From Klebsormidium nitens (taxonomy: Eukaryota > Plantae > Klebsormidiophyceae), in the NCBI GenBank assembly GCA_000708835.1, contig DF237228.1:51512-115511 (forward strand): 64,000 nt of DNA. Reading direction: 5' to 3'. How positions within the stretch are numbered: the stretch's first letter is position 1; each line of letters starts with the position of its first letter. The notes below the pieces were generated by a model that saw only the letters and a list, made by a program, of their open reading frames with translations, was not told the origin of the DNA and made no database searches. The position numbers were made by a program, and so were the translations under genes. This document shows, in pieces, positions 1 through 12,763 of this stretch.

Positions 1-1264
1 CATTTTCAACTTTGCACGCTGTCCCCTACTTTGTTCTTTGGGCTTACTTCCTTCAGTGAGACTATGCATCCGGGCCGCATGATCAGAATGCAAGAGGGGG
101 TAGCTTGGAGCACATGTTTGGATCACGTCCCTACATTCTTCTCAAGGCGACGTACAACAAAAGATTGCATTTGCGCACATCCAGGCGGTTACACGTTGTA
201 CTTGACGGTCGACTCGACGATCCGAGCCATGCAGTTCAAGCTGCATGTATACGTATACAAGTTAACACGGAATACATATATACAGCTCCCTTGTCCGATC
301 GCTGACCGTTGCTAATTGCCATGCATGCAAGCTAGCGGGATTGACCAAAATATCCAATTATACGTCTATACGAACTCCAATTATTGCGAGCGCGTGCGGG
401 CGTGAGTATATCTTTGATAATATTGGGCAATTCTAGGATCTTAAGTAGAAGCTAGCATCTGTCGAAGCTTAGTACTAAGCAGGCCATGGACTTGCCGTCG
501 GCTGGCACCGATGCTATTCTTTTGTGGCCTGCATGTGTGTGCGGCCGAGGTCTAATTTCTGGATCCGTGGCCGCCCAGATCTGGGCTTGGAGAAAATTTG
601 ATGTGGGACATTGGCGACCCGCAGTGTAATCTGTGCGCATCATTTGCCCGTACAATGCTCAACAGAAGCGTTCGGATTGTCCCCACTCTAAGCTCAACAA
701 TGCATGCACTTGGACAACGGGATCGGCAACCATAGCTCGACGGTTGAGTGAACATTCGATTCCATGCTTAAAGTATCCCAAACTGTCTGTTAACTGTAGC
801 CATGGACCACCCAGTTCGCGACTTACCTCAAAACCCTACATATAAGCATCACAAGCGTTGTCGATCCTTCCGAGTGTCCCGTAGAGGGAGCTGACGTGCA
901 CCCTGATCAGTGGATACACTGGCCCTTTGACAGCGGATCTTACATGGGCAGACTAGTCCCTGTCCTCGACATTTATGCTGTCCGTATAGGTATACAGTAC
1001 AATGGTTGTGGCCACCAGATTCATCACGGCACAACCGCTCAGCAAAGCTACAGCTAGTACCGCGTTCGGCACATCTCTTCCAGGCTGTTGCCTATCATTA
1101 TGCAAATCCTCTTCGAAGCTGCAGGCGACACAGGTCGCGAAAGACCAGGCTCGTCGCTATGACTGATTGGTCTTCCCTTGGCTGTTATAAACGCGTGCAC
1201 ACCGACCGTTCAATCTGACGGTCGAGCTCAGTTGAGGCTGTCAGTGTTCCGCTTGCGCGCCGGC

Positions 1265-4117
1265 CTATTGCCGGCTGGCCGGCGGCCCCTCGTTGTCGGG
1301 GCTGTCGTTGAAGAGGCCGCCGAACGCCCCTCCTTCGCATTTGGGGCTGACCAGTAAGCTCGCCAGAGTGGGGCTTTCGAGGCCGTGGAAGCGGCCGTAG
1401 GCGGGGTCCGGCGGGAGGCTCAGGGAGCGCGGGAGGGACATGAAGGGGGCGGGCGAGGGCGAGTACGACGTGGCCGGCTTCTTGGCGGGGACGCTGGACG
1501 CGCCCGCGAAGTGGTCGGCCGGGCTGAGCTTGTTGGACTCGAACGTCCCCGTGGGGCTGGCCTCGAAGCGGGGGGACATGTCGAAGCGCGGGCTCAGGTC
1601 GAACTTGAAGCCCGAGCCATAGCGCGGGCTGGCGTCGAAGCGCGGGCTGAACGCGGAGCCGCTGCCGTCAAAGCGCGGGCTGGGGGCCGGGTTGGGGAAC
1701 TGGGAGAAGCCGCCGATGGGCTTGGTGGCGAAGTGGTGCGCGAGGCTGGTGGGGCTGGTGAGGTACTGGAAGGGATTGGGCGGGCCCGCGCCGCCCAGCG
1801 GGCTCACCGTGTTGCTCTGCATGCCCTCCTCCATGCTCTCCAGCTTGGGCATGTGCGGGCTCGGCCACCCCGGCTCGAACCCCGCGAACCCCCCCACCCT
1901 GCGGGCCGGGCGCGGGCCCCGTGGGGCTGGGGTCGCCGTACCAGGGCACGAGGCCGCTGCCGCTGCCGCTGCTGGGCAGGCCGTACAGGCTGGCGTCCTG
2001 CATCATCTTGGAGAAGCTCGGCGGCCCGCCCGCAGGCGTGAGCTGCCGCGGCGCTCCCGGGTGCTGTGGCGCCAGCAGGGCCTGCGGGTGGCCCGCCTGC
2101 CCGGGGTGGCCCCGAGCGCCGCCCGCAAGCGGTGCGTGCCCGTTCTTGCGCTGCAGCTGGCTGGGCCCCATGAGCGGGCCCCCCGCTGCGCCACCATCGG
2201 TGGCTCCCGCAATGCTCAACCGCGACGGCCGCAGCTGCCGCATGTGCATCTGCTGGTGTTGTGGCAGGGGGCCGCCCCCTCCCCTCATCTGGCCCAGCCG
2301 TGACCCCCCCAGCCCCGGGCCTTGTTGCCACCCCCCTGGCGCCATCCCGTGGGGCGGCATGCCCGGGCTTTTCGTGCCCCCCATGTGGTACATCTGGTGG
2401 GGCATGCGCGGGGCGTGGCCGTGCGCCCCGGCCATGCGCATGCGCTGCGTGTCCCCCGAGCTGGCGCTGCTGGAGGCCTCCTCGTAGGGCCCCCCCGGCA
2501 GCGCGTCCAGGTAGCTGCTGCCGTACTGGCCCGTGTCGCCCTCGCTCTCGCCCTCCTCCTCCGTGCTTCCCAGCTGGCTGCCCCCCATGTGGCTGCTGTC
2601 GCGCAGCGTGCCCTCGCTGTCGTACCCCTCGTAGCCTGGCAGCATGGCCACGTCGTAGGCCAGCCCCTGCGCCTTGGCACGCGCAGCCGCCTCGCGAGCA
2701 GCCTGCAACCGAAGGAAGCAAGGTGATTACGAGGTGGCAAGCGAGGGGGTAAACACGGAGTGAGAAGGCGACAACGTGAAGTGGGGGCCTGGAGGTGCAA
2801 TAAGTTGAGACGTTAGACACAGCTGAAAGTGAGAAGCTGCTGCTGCAGCTCATCTCTCAGCGACCTTCACGAGGGTTTGCAGAGGTGCCAGGAACACGAC
2901 TACACGACTTCAAATTCTGTATTTGTTTGCTTTGATTAGAAGGCTAAAGCTTTTGACTGCAATCTCACGATTGTATCGGAGAAGCGAGTTTCTCAGCGGT
3001 TTCAATAGGGACTTGCAACAAGCTCGAAGCTTTGCATCTAGCATGGACCGGGAACAAACAGTGAAAGGAAAGGACTGGAGCTGTTTGTTTGTTAACAGAC
3101 AAACAGCTAGAGATGCAAGAGACGAATGTGCCAGATAGCTGGATGCATGTAAAGCAGACTCAGATAGCATGCCAATCGATTCGTGACCCTTACTTCCCCA
3201 AGAAGCTAGAGGCAGATCATGCTCACCCGCCGAGCTAGACGTTTGCGGTGGGAGTTCCAGAAGTTTTTGATGGTGTTGTCTGATCTGCCTGGCAGGAACT
3301 GCGCGATGTGGCTCCACTTGTTGCCGTGCACCTTTTGCAGTTCAATCACTTTGCGCTGCTCCTCCTCCGTCAGTGGGCCGCTGCGCACGTGCGGGCTCAG
3401 GTGCTTCACCCACCGCAGCCGGCAACTCTTCCCGCTCCTGCACGCGCAGAACCAATACATCAGGCACCGCGTCCCCTGAAGCAGTTCAGGGGACTCAGTC
3501 AAACAGCTCATTGTGCCTGGGGCTCGTACTTCTGTAGCAACCTGGGTCGGTGAAGATGCTGCAAAATCCTCTCAGACTCCTCCTTACGTCTCCAGACACT
3601 TCATGGAATGCCCTGCTTGTCACAGGCAAAGCTATATTGCTGGTCAAGAACGAGTCTGGGGCTAGCAGCTTGTTGTCTGTAGATTCATTTCATCAAACCC
3701 TCCTCATGTTTCACATACTTGTACATTGACAAGTTACTGATAGGAGTTCTCAAGCATGCATTACCAGGATGAGCGTCTGCAGGAGACAGAGGGCCTCTAC
3801 AAGAGCTTCACATGTTCCGCCTGCTTCGGCAGAGGGACAAGCGTGGCAGGCTGGATCACTCTGCTGGAAGGGAGCCACATGATGAGGCACCATGGATGGC
3901 GCTGTCAGAGGGAGCACTTTGGAGAGCTGGACCCTGGCAACCCTGGTGTTTATGCTCACCTCTGCAGCCCGCACTTCATGGCGATTGTGCTCCAGTTGCC
4001 CTCTTTGAACCTCTGCACACACAGCGCCAGCGTGTTGTCCTCTTCCTGCGTCCATAGCCCCTTCTTGAAGTCCTGGCCCTTGCGATCCTTTGAGCCGTCC
4101 TCACTGTCCTCGCTCAT
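1265..4117 (-). CDS. R2R3-MYB transcription factor, 3 exons (4117-3960, 3437-3227, 2702-1265), with a 1-nt frameshift in a G run near 1889-1895
   Basis: Spliced translation gives MSEDSEDGSKDRKGQDFKKGLWTQEEDNTLALCVQRFKEGNWSTIAMKCGLQR|SGKSCRLRWVKHLSPHVRSGPLTEEEQRKVIELQKVHGNKWSHIAQFLPGRSDNTIKNFWNSH, i.e. canonical R2 and R3 repeats. GT-AG sites are phase-compatible. The C-terminus is low-complexity G/P/S-rich. Confidence 0.9.
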
Positions 4118-6226
4118 CTTGATTCACGCCAAGCAGGTGGGACGCATAAGCTCAGCAGCCACGCGCCTGTCCTTAAGGGAGGCTGTCTTGGCTTTGCTTC
4201 CTATCAGCTGCACTCTGCGGGGGCCCGCCTGCAGAGTGATACAGCATGCTCAGTCATGCAAGGCAGGCATTCATTGAAGAGTTTGCTCTCAAGACCTCAC
4301 AACTCAATACAAACCTGGTGAACGGGGCTTGTTGGTCATTCTCAGTGGAGCGGACAGGAAACAAGGAGGAACCGAGGTGCTAGATCAAGTGGCTACAAAA
4401 GCATGGACCGTGAGCTCGTCTTTGGGGAAGGCGGCTCAAGTGAAAAACTTTGTTCAGATCCTGACAAACTTTGTGCACCACAATATTGACTTAATCGCCA
4501 GCTCTTGCCATCAGCGGTGCAAAGAAATCTGACGTACCTCCGTGCTTCAAGAGCGTGCTGCAGCACAAACAACGGAAAGCTGAGCCATTCGATTCCCGGG
4601 CCACCAATTCTCCACAGATAAGCTGCTCCTACCCCCAAGTTGCCTGGAAGGTCCGCCAGCTCCAATTCTTTGCTTGTAACATCAAAGACTAGCTACGAGA
4701 GGCTGAGACTAGCTGGCATCCTGTGCTCTCTGCGGAAGCTGGTTGAACCCCCAGCAACCAGACTACCACCAAGCGGTAATCTCAGGCCACAACGAGCTGG
4801 AGCGGCTCGCTGCCAACCCGGCCGCTGCAAGCTAGACTACAAACCCTGTGTGTGCTTTTTTCTGCTGCCGCTGCCGCGACAGGAACAAAGCTGTAGTCAC
4901 CACTCTAAAAGCCCAGGCCTGACACATTAGTGTCTCACAATGTGCAGACCTCAGAGGGCTGTCATGACTCTGTGCTATAGTTTTCACGTGGTAACCACCT
5001 ATTCTGTGGATCACCTTCACCTTGAAAGGTCGCTTGGCTAGCTGGCTGCCAAAATATCTGTTCCAGAAGGCTTCTCTGTAGCCCTTACAGGACAGCTCCC
5101 TGCATCCCTGCGTCCGCAACGGTAACGAGCAGATTCGTGTTCCTGGCCAAAATTGGCGACTACAGCGCTGACCAAATAACTGTATCCCGTCTCCCACCGC
5201 ACCTCCTGCCGGCCACAGATGGCGGGTCAGTCCTCTGGCCAACTACTAGTACCACTGCCACTGCAAGTGCAGCACACCCACCTGGACTCTGGAGGAGGTG
5301 TCGCCTTCGAGACGTCTCGATGTTAACACGCAACGGTTTCCCTGACTTCCAAGAGAACATGGAATTGCCCGAGCAAAGCAAGTTGTCTGGCGCCATGAAA
5401 ATCTTATCGACGGCTCTCGGGCAAGCCCTAGACTTTATCGACGTTTCGGAGTCTGGTTACTGCTCGCGCACACCATTTTGGCGACCACCCGACGTGTATG
5501 GTATAGCATGAGGAGACGGTGACCATATCTCTGATGCAATGATCGCGCGCAAAGGTCATGGAAACTGGATGCAGCTCTCCGCGCATGAGGTCCAGGATTC
5601 GGGGTTAGATCTCCTTCGGACACCAGGATGCCTGAATTTCCTCCATGGCTGACGTTCGAGAAAGTAGAATGAGTTGCTTCAGTTGCTAAGTGTTTCAAAG
5701 TTCTCGACGCACGATGCTGAGATGCAATGTTGTTGAAATCTGGCTGCAGCCGTAGACGTAACTTTCACAAGCTCATCGACACGATCTGCTAGAATCAGCT
5801 CATTAAACATATAGCTCGAGAAAGTCCGGCGCGTGTGCAGCTAGCATCGAATATTCGCCTATGATACCCCATGCGGAGCCTTCAAAGTGGATTGTTCTGC
5901 GTATGTCTACGAGGATGATGTCTGTTTACAAACGTCTGCTTTGGGGCCGCAAGAATCTGTAAACTCGATGCATGGATTGATACGAAGCACCGTAAAGTGA
6001 CAAGAAGTCTGTTATACACTAAGCTGTTCGCATTTGCGTCATGCATATCATAACATCGTTCTAGCGCTGGTTTGCATACATATAGGGCATGCCAAAGAAC
6101 CCCATGCAAATAATCCAGTGACAGAGATCGCGCCTAACATTGTGCTCAACTCGCAAGAAGCATGCGCAACCGGGTTGTAAAAAGCAATTCGCTGCTTAGC
6201 ACAAAAGCTCAAACAGTCGAGTCTTC

Positions 6227-6466
6227 TTGAAGGTGCAAGACAGAATATATGTGGCGAGGAGCTCTGCCGGCTCCACAACCCCGGCAATGGAAGAAAAAAC
6301 GTCTTTTTTAGATTTGATTCGCAAAGCATACTGCGATGCGTTGATTAACTTCCGTTCCGAACATGCTGATGTCAAGGGCAGAAACGCAGAAACACGACGC
6401 GATGGCATGTGCATCCTCGATGATTTTGACGATTCAATCAGAACCTTCACGCCCAGAAGCAAGTGA
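6227..6466 (+). CDS. Possible terminal exon of an uncharacterised gene
   Basis: Protein-like frame (VQDRIYVARSS...DDFDDSIRTFTPRSK*) after a plausible acceptor (cttcttgaag). Upstream exons were not resolved. Confidence 0.25.
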   Translation: MKVQDRIYVARSSAGSTTPAMEEKTSFLDLIRKAYCDALINFRSEHADVKGRNAETRRDGMCILDDFDDSIRTFTPRSK

Positions 6467-6493
6467 CGCCGCTATGCATGCCCCCTTTCGAGA

Positions 6494-9400
6494 CTACCCA
6501 GCCATTCCCGCATCATAGCTTGCCTTTTTCCTTGGATCTCGGAGGACCTGGTAAGCTTGCGAAATCTTCTTAAATTTCTCCTCTGCTTTAGCTTTTCCTT
6601 TTGGATCCTGCAAGAAGAAAACTTGAGAGGCAGTCAGGTACATGTGGCAGCAGCAAAAACCTCCGGTCTTAAGGCTGCTTACCTTCGTAACGGAGACAAT
6701 GGACGGGATTGCAGTCGATGGCTCGCTTCAAAGTGCATCCGGGAATGGCAGAAGTTCTTTAGAAAGAGAGATGCAGAGACACTGGTCCTCGTCGATGCAC
6801 CAAAAGTCCGCAAAACTACGCAGACACCTCGAAAAAAGACCGACTCTTGACTCGTCCGGCGCCGACAGAGAGCCGCACCTGGCCGTGCCGGTCTGGATGC
6901 CACTCGAGGGCGAGACGCCGGAAGGCGGCCTTGATCTCTTCTTCGGACGAGCGCGGGCCCTTGGCCAGGCCCAGCTCCTTGTAGTACCCGAGCGGGTCAC
7001 CAGGCGGCGACCCGGGCTGGCGCGCCTGGCCAACCACGACCAAACAGCGCGTCATTGCAAGGATCCGAAAATCCCAATTCTGTGACTTCTTTTGGGACGG
7101 GCCTTGCGCACACGGGATACCCGCCAGGGGTGCTGGACTGGAATGTAACAGAGCTTCCCAAGCAAGTCGTTCAGCGAGACTGCCACCGCAGTGCAGAAAA
7201 GCGGGTCGAGTCCCCTTGGGCCGCCTTGCTGGGCAGCTGCCCGCGTTCTCCTACTGATGGGCCCGGATCGTCTGGGTGACCTGTCCTCTTGTTTCGCCCA
7301 ATCGACTCGACTTTCCGCAGTGAACAACCAACAACTATGATTGCCACTCGAACATTGCTGCTTCTCAAAACGTGTCCCAGTGGGTTCGGTCGGTTGCGGC
7401 TCACCTGGTACTGCGCCCCGCCCCGCCCCCTGCGCGCCTGCTCCTCGTACGCCTGCTGCTGCTGCCGCTGCCGCTCGCCCTGGCGCCGCGCATCGAAGCC
7501 GCTGCGGTCGTACTGCTGCTCCCACTGCGGGGGCACCCCGAAGGGGCCGAAACCGGGGCCGCCTTGTCGCCGGAACTGCTCCTCGAACTCGCGCAGGATG
7601 CGCTCAAACTGCGCGTTCATAGCCCCACCCCTGCACACATGTCCTGCCGCGTCAATTGATTGGGGCCAATGGGCTCGGGACTACTCCCACACAACCGCGG
7701 GCCAAAGTAGCGGACTGAAATGAGCACGATTTGCCGAGAGTCCAATTTAAAGACAGCAAGGCTACTGGCGCCTAAAGGAGCAGCTATACCTCCAACCGTC
7801 TCTGGTGATTGCCAATCTGAGTACGCACTTCTTCAAATAGATCCTTTGAAGCAGCAGCAGCGATGCCCGCGCCGTGCTGGCGATGCAGTGGCCCTCACCC
7901 GAAGTGTTGCCACTGCTGGTAGCGCGCCTGGCGCTGCCAGTGCTCGCGGCGCTCGCGCTCGTCATCGTCGTCGCCGAGGCCCGCCTCCTCCGCTCCGTGC
8001 CCGCGAGCAGCGCGCGCAGTGTCCTCAACCACGTCCCTGCCACACCCAACAGACACCGTCAGCAGACGAAGCTGGGCTACTGGCAAGGCCCGCAACAACC
8101 CGGGGCGAAAATGCGGCGCAGCGAGCAGTGTTCTATGCAACCGTTGAGGTCGGTCAAGGAGGGCACCAAGACGGGGCAACATTATTCGTTAGGCACACGC
8201 CATGTCATGTGCTCTGTCGGATTTGTCCAAAGATTCTGGGGAAACGAATGGTGCAGCGCAAAGCGTCTCCCCTTTCTTGGAACCATCTTAAGCGATCAGC
8301 GGGTCTCGCGTCCATTACAGGAGATAATGGCCGGTGTAAGGTCGGCGATTGAGATCCTCCGACCTGAATATGAATCCTATCTGCAGGTCAAGCATCGCTC
8401 TACAGGCGCAGTCGAGCGTGTGCGGTATGCGCGCACCTGCCGTGCTGCAGCTCCTTGATGTAGGCGGACACGCGGGGCAGCCAGCGCTCCGCCGCATAGC
8501 CCGCCAGGGCCGCCAGCCCCGCAACAAAGGCTGCGCCCCACACACCGCCAAACAGCGTGCCCCACCCCATATAGTGACTGGCCACGGTGGCAGCTGTCAG
8601 CCCTGTGGCCACCAGACCGCCCACCTGACACGAGCACAAGGGCAGCAACCGATCCGTCGAAGACATAGATACGAAAGTCGTTAGAAACAGCCGTCGGTTT
8701 CATAAGGCGAGCAAGCCCGGCAGGCCGATACGAACAGGGGCAGTCTTCCGACTTCGAACAAGAGATATCATGAGGGCCCTTGAGAAACAGGTAAGCATGA
8801 TCGAGGCCCAGGAGTAAGCTGCGGTAGCGAAAGTAAGGAAGGGACTGGGGGACACGAGGTGGCACAGGGTCTTCGAGATACTGTTGTGTCAGGCCAGAGA
8901 ACCAGCGAGCGGCAAAAGACAGCCGCTTGGACCCAACCAGTGGAACATTCCGCCAGATTTTTTGATGCACGTTGTTGCAGCTTGCTAACCTTGAGCGCAG
9001 AGAGGTGCCGTTCTGCGCCGACCTCCCCAGTCGCGCCGTTGACGACCGCGCGGAAGAACTGGCCAGCATGCTGGTACTCCAGGATGTAGGCCGGCACGTA
9101 GATGGCGCGCGCACGCACCTCGTCGAACTGCATCTGCAGCTGCACGTTCTGCGCCCTGCAAAGCTCCAGCAAGCCCCTCGATCAGCCGCAAGGCAGTGCA
9201 AGCAACAGTCCCGGACTCGGAGAAGGGTCGCTTCTCCGGTCGTGCCAACATGGCGCAAAACGTGCTCATCGACGAAATTGAACAGCTACAGCCTGGTCGA
9301 AGTGCAGCCTGAATTCAGGTCTTCTCGGGCAGTGGTTGCCGGCTGGACAATCTCCTTTCTTTCAATACAAGTCTTGCTCGGAGAACCACCTCACTCGTCA

Positions 9401-11360
9401 ACATGAACATATAGGCAACGAGACGAACGTATTTCCCGTCTTCTGGTACACTGCGTTAGGCACTTCGGCCCACCCTCGACAGAATCGATCACGCATCAGT
9501 TGATCCTGTGACCGTCATGGGCCAAAGCGCTGCGCGAGGGTCGCCCGACTGTCCTCACTGGTCCGCATGGTACGTCGTTTTGAGCAGCTCCTCCGCACGG
9601 CGCACCTCCTGCTTCTGGATATTCTCGCGCACGCGCCGCCACGCAATTTCGCGCTTCATGGTGAACTCGTCCAATTCGCGCCCCTCTGCCAGCATGGCCC
9701 CCGTCAGGGGCTGGTTCTCCGCCACCAGGGACGGGCCTTTCAGGGGCGCCATGTACGCCTTTCGGTACCTGCGCAGAACGCCGCCTGGGGGACTTGACGC
9801 ACGTACCGGACAGGACAATCCAGGTGACACGGAATTCATTCCTTAAGAGACTCCTGCTTGAAGCAGGATACACCAGGACTGCGTATCTTGTGATGACCAA
9901 TTCAGAATCTTTCCAGGGCAAACAGTTCACAGCTCAGGTTGTTGACTTTGCCCTCTAGTGATGATGAGAGCCTTGACTGATGTCCTCCTCGGAGGCTAAT
10001 AAACATGCTCTCTGATGGCGCGAAATAGGGACGTCTGGGGTGATCCCAGTGTGTGTACCTGTAGGATGCGTAGACCTGCATGTCGGGGTTGTCCCCGGGG
10101 TGGTCGTTGGTGAGGCTGTGCGTGTAGGGCGCCTGCCGCCACACGGTGCCGCTGCTAGTCTCATGGCGCTTTGTGGAGCTGTTGTATGTGCTGGTGCTGT
10201 AGTCAAACCCAATTTCGCCAGTGAAGAAGGTCGTGACTGCAGGAGAGGCTCGGCAGAATGGAGAGCGGCAAGAGTTGCCTCATGGCAATAAGTCAACCCA
10301 TTGCCCTACGTATGGATATGTGTATTTTGGCTTGTACTTCTTTCCTGCTTTTAGAGTCAACCATAAACTTGCCTTCAGACTGCCCTGCTGACTTTTTTAG
10401 GTTGTCAAGAGCCATTGTGCGCGCCCAAACGCAGCGTCAATTGAGCTTGAGAGTGAGCTTACCTTTGGCATCAAACACCCAGAATGGCTGGTATGCTGCC
10501 CTGATACTCGTGAAGGCGGCTCTGCCGGCGTGGTCCTCCAGCCCACTGATGGGACCCAGCCAGTGGCCCGCTGACCAGTCCTGCACCCCACCGCACAGTC
10601 AAGCCACACCACCACGGCATCGTGAACTTTGGCCCTGTACTCACATGTACAATAGAATTTGTAATCATCCCAAGCCATGAGATGGTGGTGATCACCATGA
10701 ATTATCAAAACCAAGTGCTGCCTTCCAAGATCCAACAATCAACAGTGTGAGCGAGTGGCAGCTGGAGCGAGCCAGAGTATAGCTGTGTGGCATACCTGGA
10801 AGCGGTGGATGGCATCGTCAGCAGTAATCTTGTACTGTAGAGCAGTGGCCCTCCTGGCACTAGCTTCCCCAATGTTCTCAAAGCTGGCGGCATTACGCCC
10901 CGAGGTGGAGTGCAGGCCGCGTGGCGACCCACCGCCGAGGCACCAGGCAGGATCCCAATTGTGGACTAGGCGCGTCAGAATCCCTGGTTCTAAGGCAGAA
11001 AAAGAAAGAGCACAGCCGCCAGACCTATGTGGAAACACACTGGAGTGATAGGAACCAGAGTGATAAGACTTGAAGGAGGCTAGTTCCAACACACTTGCTC
11101 TCCTACCAAATCCTGCTGATGCAGATTCTGCACACATCGGTGCACATAAATGAGCATCGTGGCGTGGGCCAGTAAGATCATACATGCAGGGTTTACGGGT
11201 CAGAGCCTCCGGTGTCAGCACTGTTTTTGTCTGCCACCAGTCCTGTGCTCTAGCTCTACCTGCAGCACGATATGTGGCAACCCTGTCAGAAGGACATTCC
11301 TGGACTGGACAATGCTGACTAGACACAGTACTTTGCTGCAGTGCTCTTGAACACCTCATC
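6494..11360 (-). CDS. Multi-exon DnaJ/J-domain protein with the J domain at the C-terminus and an internal hydrophobic segment; 5' end uncertain
   Basis: Exons join in phase: ALQYKITADDAIHRFQ|DWSAGHWLGP...AAYQPFWVFDAK|VTTFFTGEIG...VYASYR|YRKAYMAP...|...IYVPAYILEYQHAGQFFRAVVNGATGEVGAER...|hydrophobic exon|...DPLGYYKELGL...IKAAFRRLALEWHPDRHGQ|DPKGKAKAEEKFKKISQAYQVLRDPRKKASYD. The HPD motif is present and the last exon is 6607-6494. Confidence 0.85.
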
Positions 11361-12763
11361 AGGAGGTGCTGCACACGCGGCTGGCATCTCCGCACAACTA
11401 CCGCCAGCGCGCTCACCAGCGCAGGGTCTTTAGGAATGAAAGACTCAAGAACCATAGACAGCGTCATCGTTTTCCAAACCCTTCATCTACTAGCATTATA
11501 GACTGTGCAGCTAACCGACTACCTACAATGAACTTTTGAGCTTGAACACCATTCCATGAATCCTCGTACATGCTGCTGCATGCTGCTCCCCATTTGGTCT
11601 AGAGTCTAGAGATGTGGGCTTTGCACATACCGTAGGACGCTCATGCTGGGTTCAAGTGGTGTCAGGTGGCTCTCCATCAAGCGCCGCCCATTTCCGGACA
11701 GAATACTGACACCAGTGAACTCATGAGTCAATCAGATTGTAGCAGAATCCACATGCCATGCATGCAAGTCGTGCCCTTTCCTGTTTCCAGGTTCCCATGC
11801 CGGACTGAGCTTCGTTCAAAGTGACCAGCTTTGCTCGTCTGCTTGTGTTCATTAAGCCGGGGCATGCAGATGATCCGGCCCAAACGTAGTGCACTGGATC
11901 TGAGGTTTGCCGCCAGCGCTCTGCAAAGGTCTTAGCTGCATGCCTAGGATCGGTAGGATGTCTAGGCTTATGTTATACCTGGCCGGATGATGCGTAGAGG
12001 AAAGAATTTGAATTTGTTTCACTGGCAGCGGCATGGCCCGAAGCTAGAGATCAGAGGATGGTTACAAGATATATCTAGGATGGAACCTGAAATCATCTTC
12101 TAGATGCATTTTCTTGCATATAATGTACGATTTTGGCGGCTCGATCACGTATCAATCTCCGCTAACCATGTTCCAGTTGCCTGGTCAACATACTATTATG
12201 AGCCTGCCAGGGGATTTGTGCCCCTAAGTCAAAGCCACGCACCAGTCCACAATTTTGTCAATGAAACTATACAACATAGGTCAAGCCGTGGAGTCAAAAA
12301 TCGCGCATGTTGAAACCTGTCCTGGTAACTAACTTTGCATTGGTTTACTTAGGATAGCTTTCGTCAAACTAGTAAGTCGCGACTTCGATCTTAGCGAATG
12401 TTTGTAACGCCATCTCCTGCAACAGTCCGCAATCGAAGTACAAATTCAAGTACCTTTTGAAGCCAATTAGTATCTTTCCAGTTCTTCAATAAGGTTCGAT
12501 CAAAAAACAAATCATGGTTAGAAACGTTGTCTTTGTTGAGCCCAATACTCAGTTCCATTGAAGGAAACAACAACACGAGATTTATTTTGCACGTGTCTAT
12601 GGCTACTTTAACGAGGAACCCCAAATTACGACCTGACTAAGTGCAAGCCTTACATGGCTCGTTCGCTGACTCTTGCTGATGAACCCTTGTTGACGATTAT
12701 AACCCAACTCGTAAATGACATGGAACGCCTGTTGAAACGACCCTTCAGCGCCGCACCCCTCTG

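Noticed and set aside
1385-2853. Many long overlapping ORFs antisense or out of frame to the MYB exon (likewise within MUS81 at 21400-24600)
   Set aside because: These are shadow ORFs expected from very GC-rich coding sequence.
12391-12624. AT-rich protein-like ORF downstream of the SDR
   Set aside because: Short, has no ATG context or recognisable motif, and may be 3' UTR.
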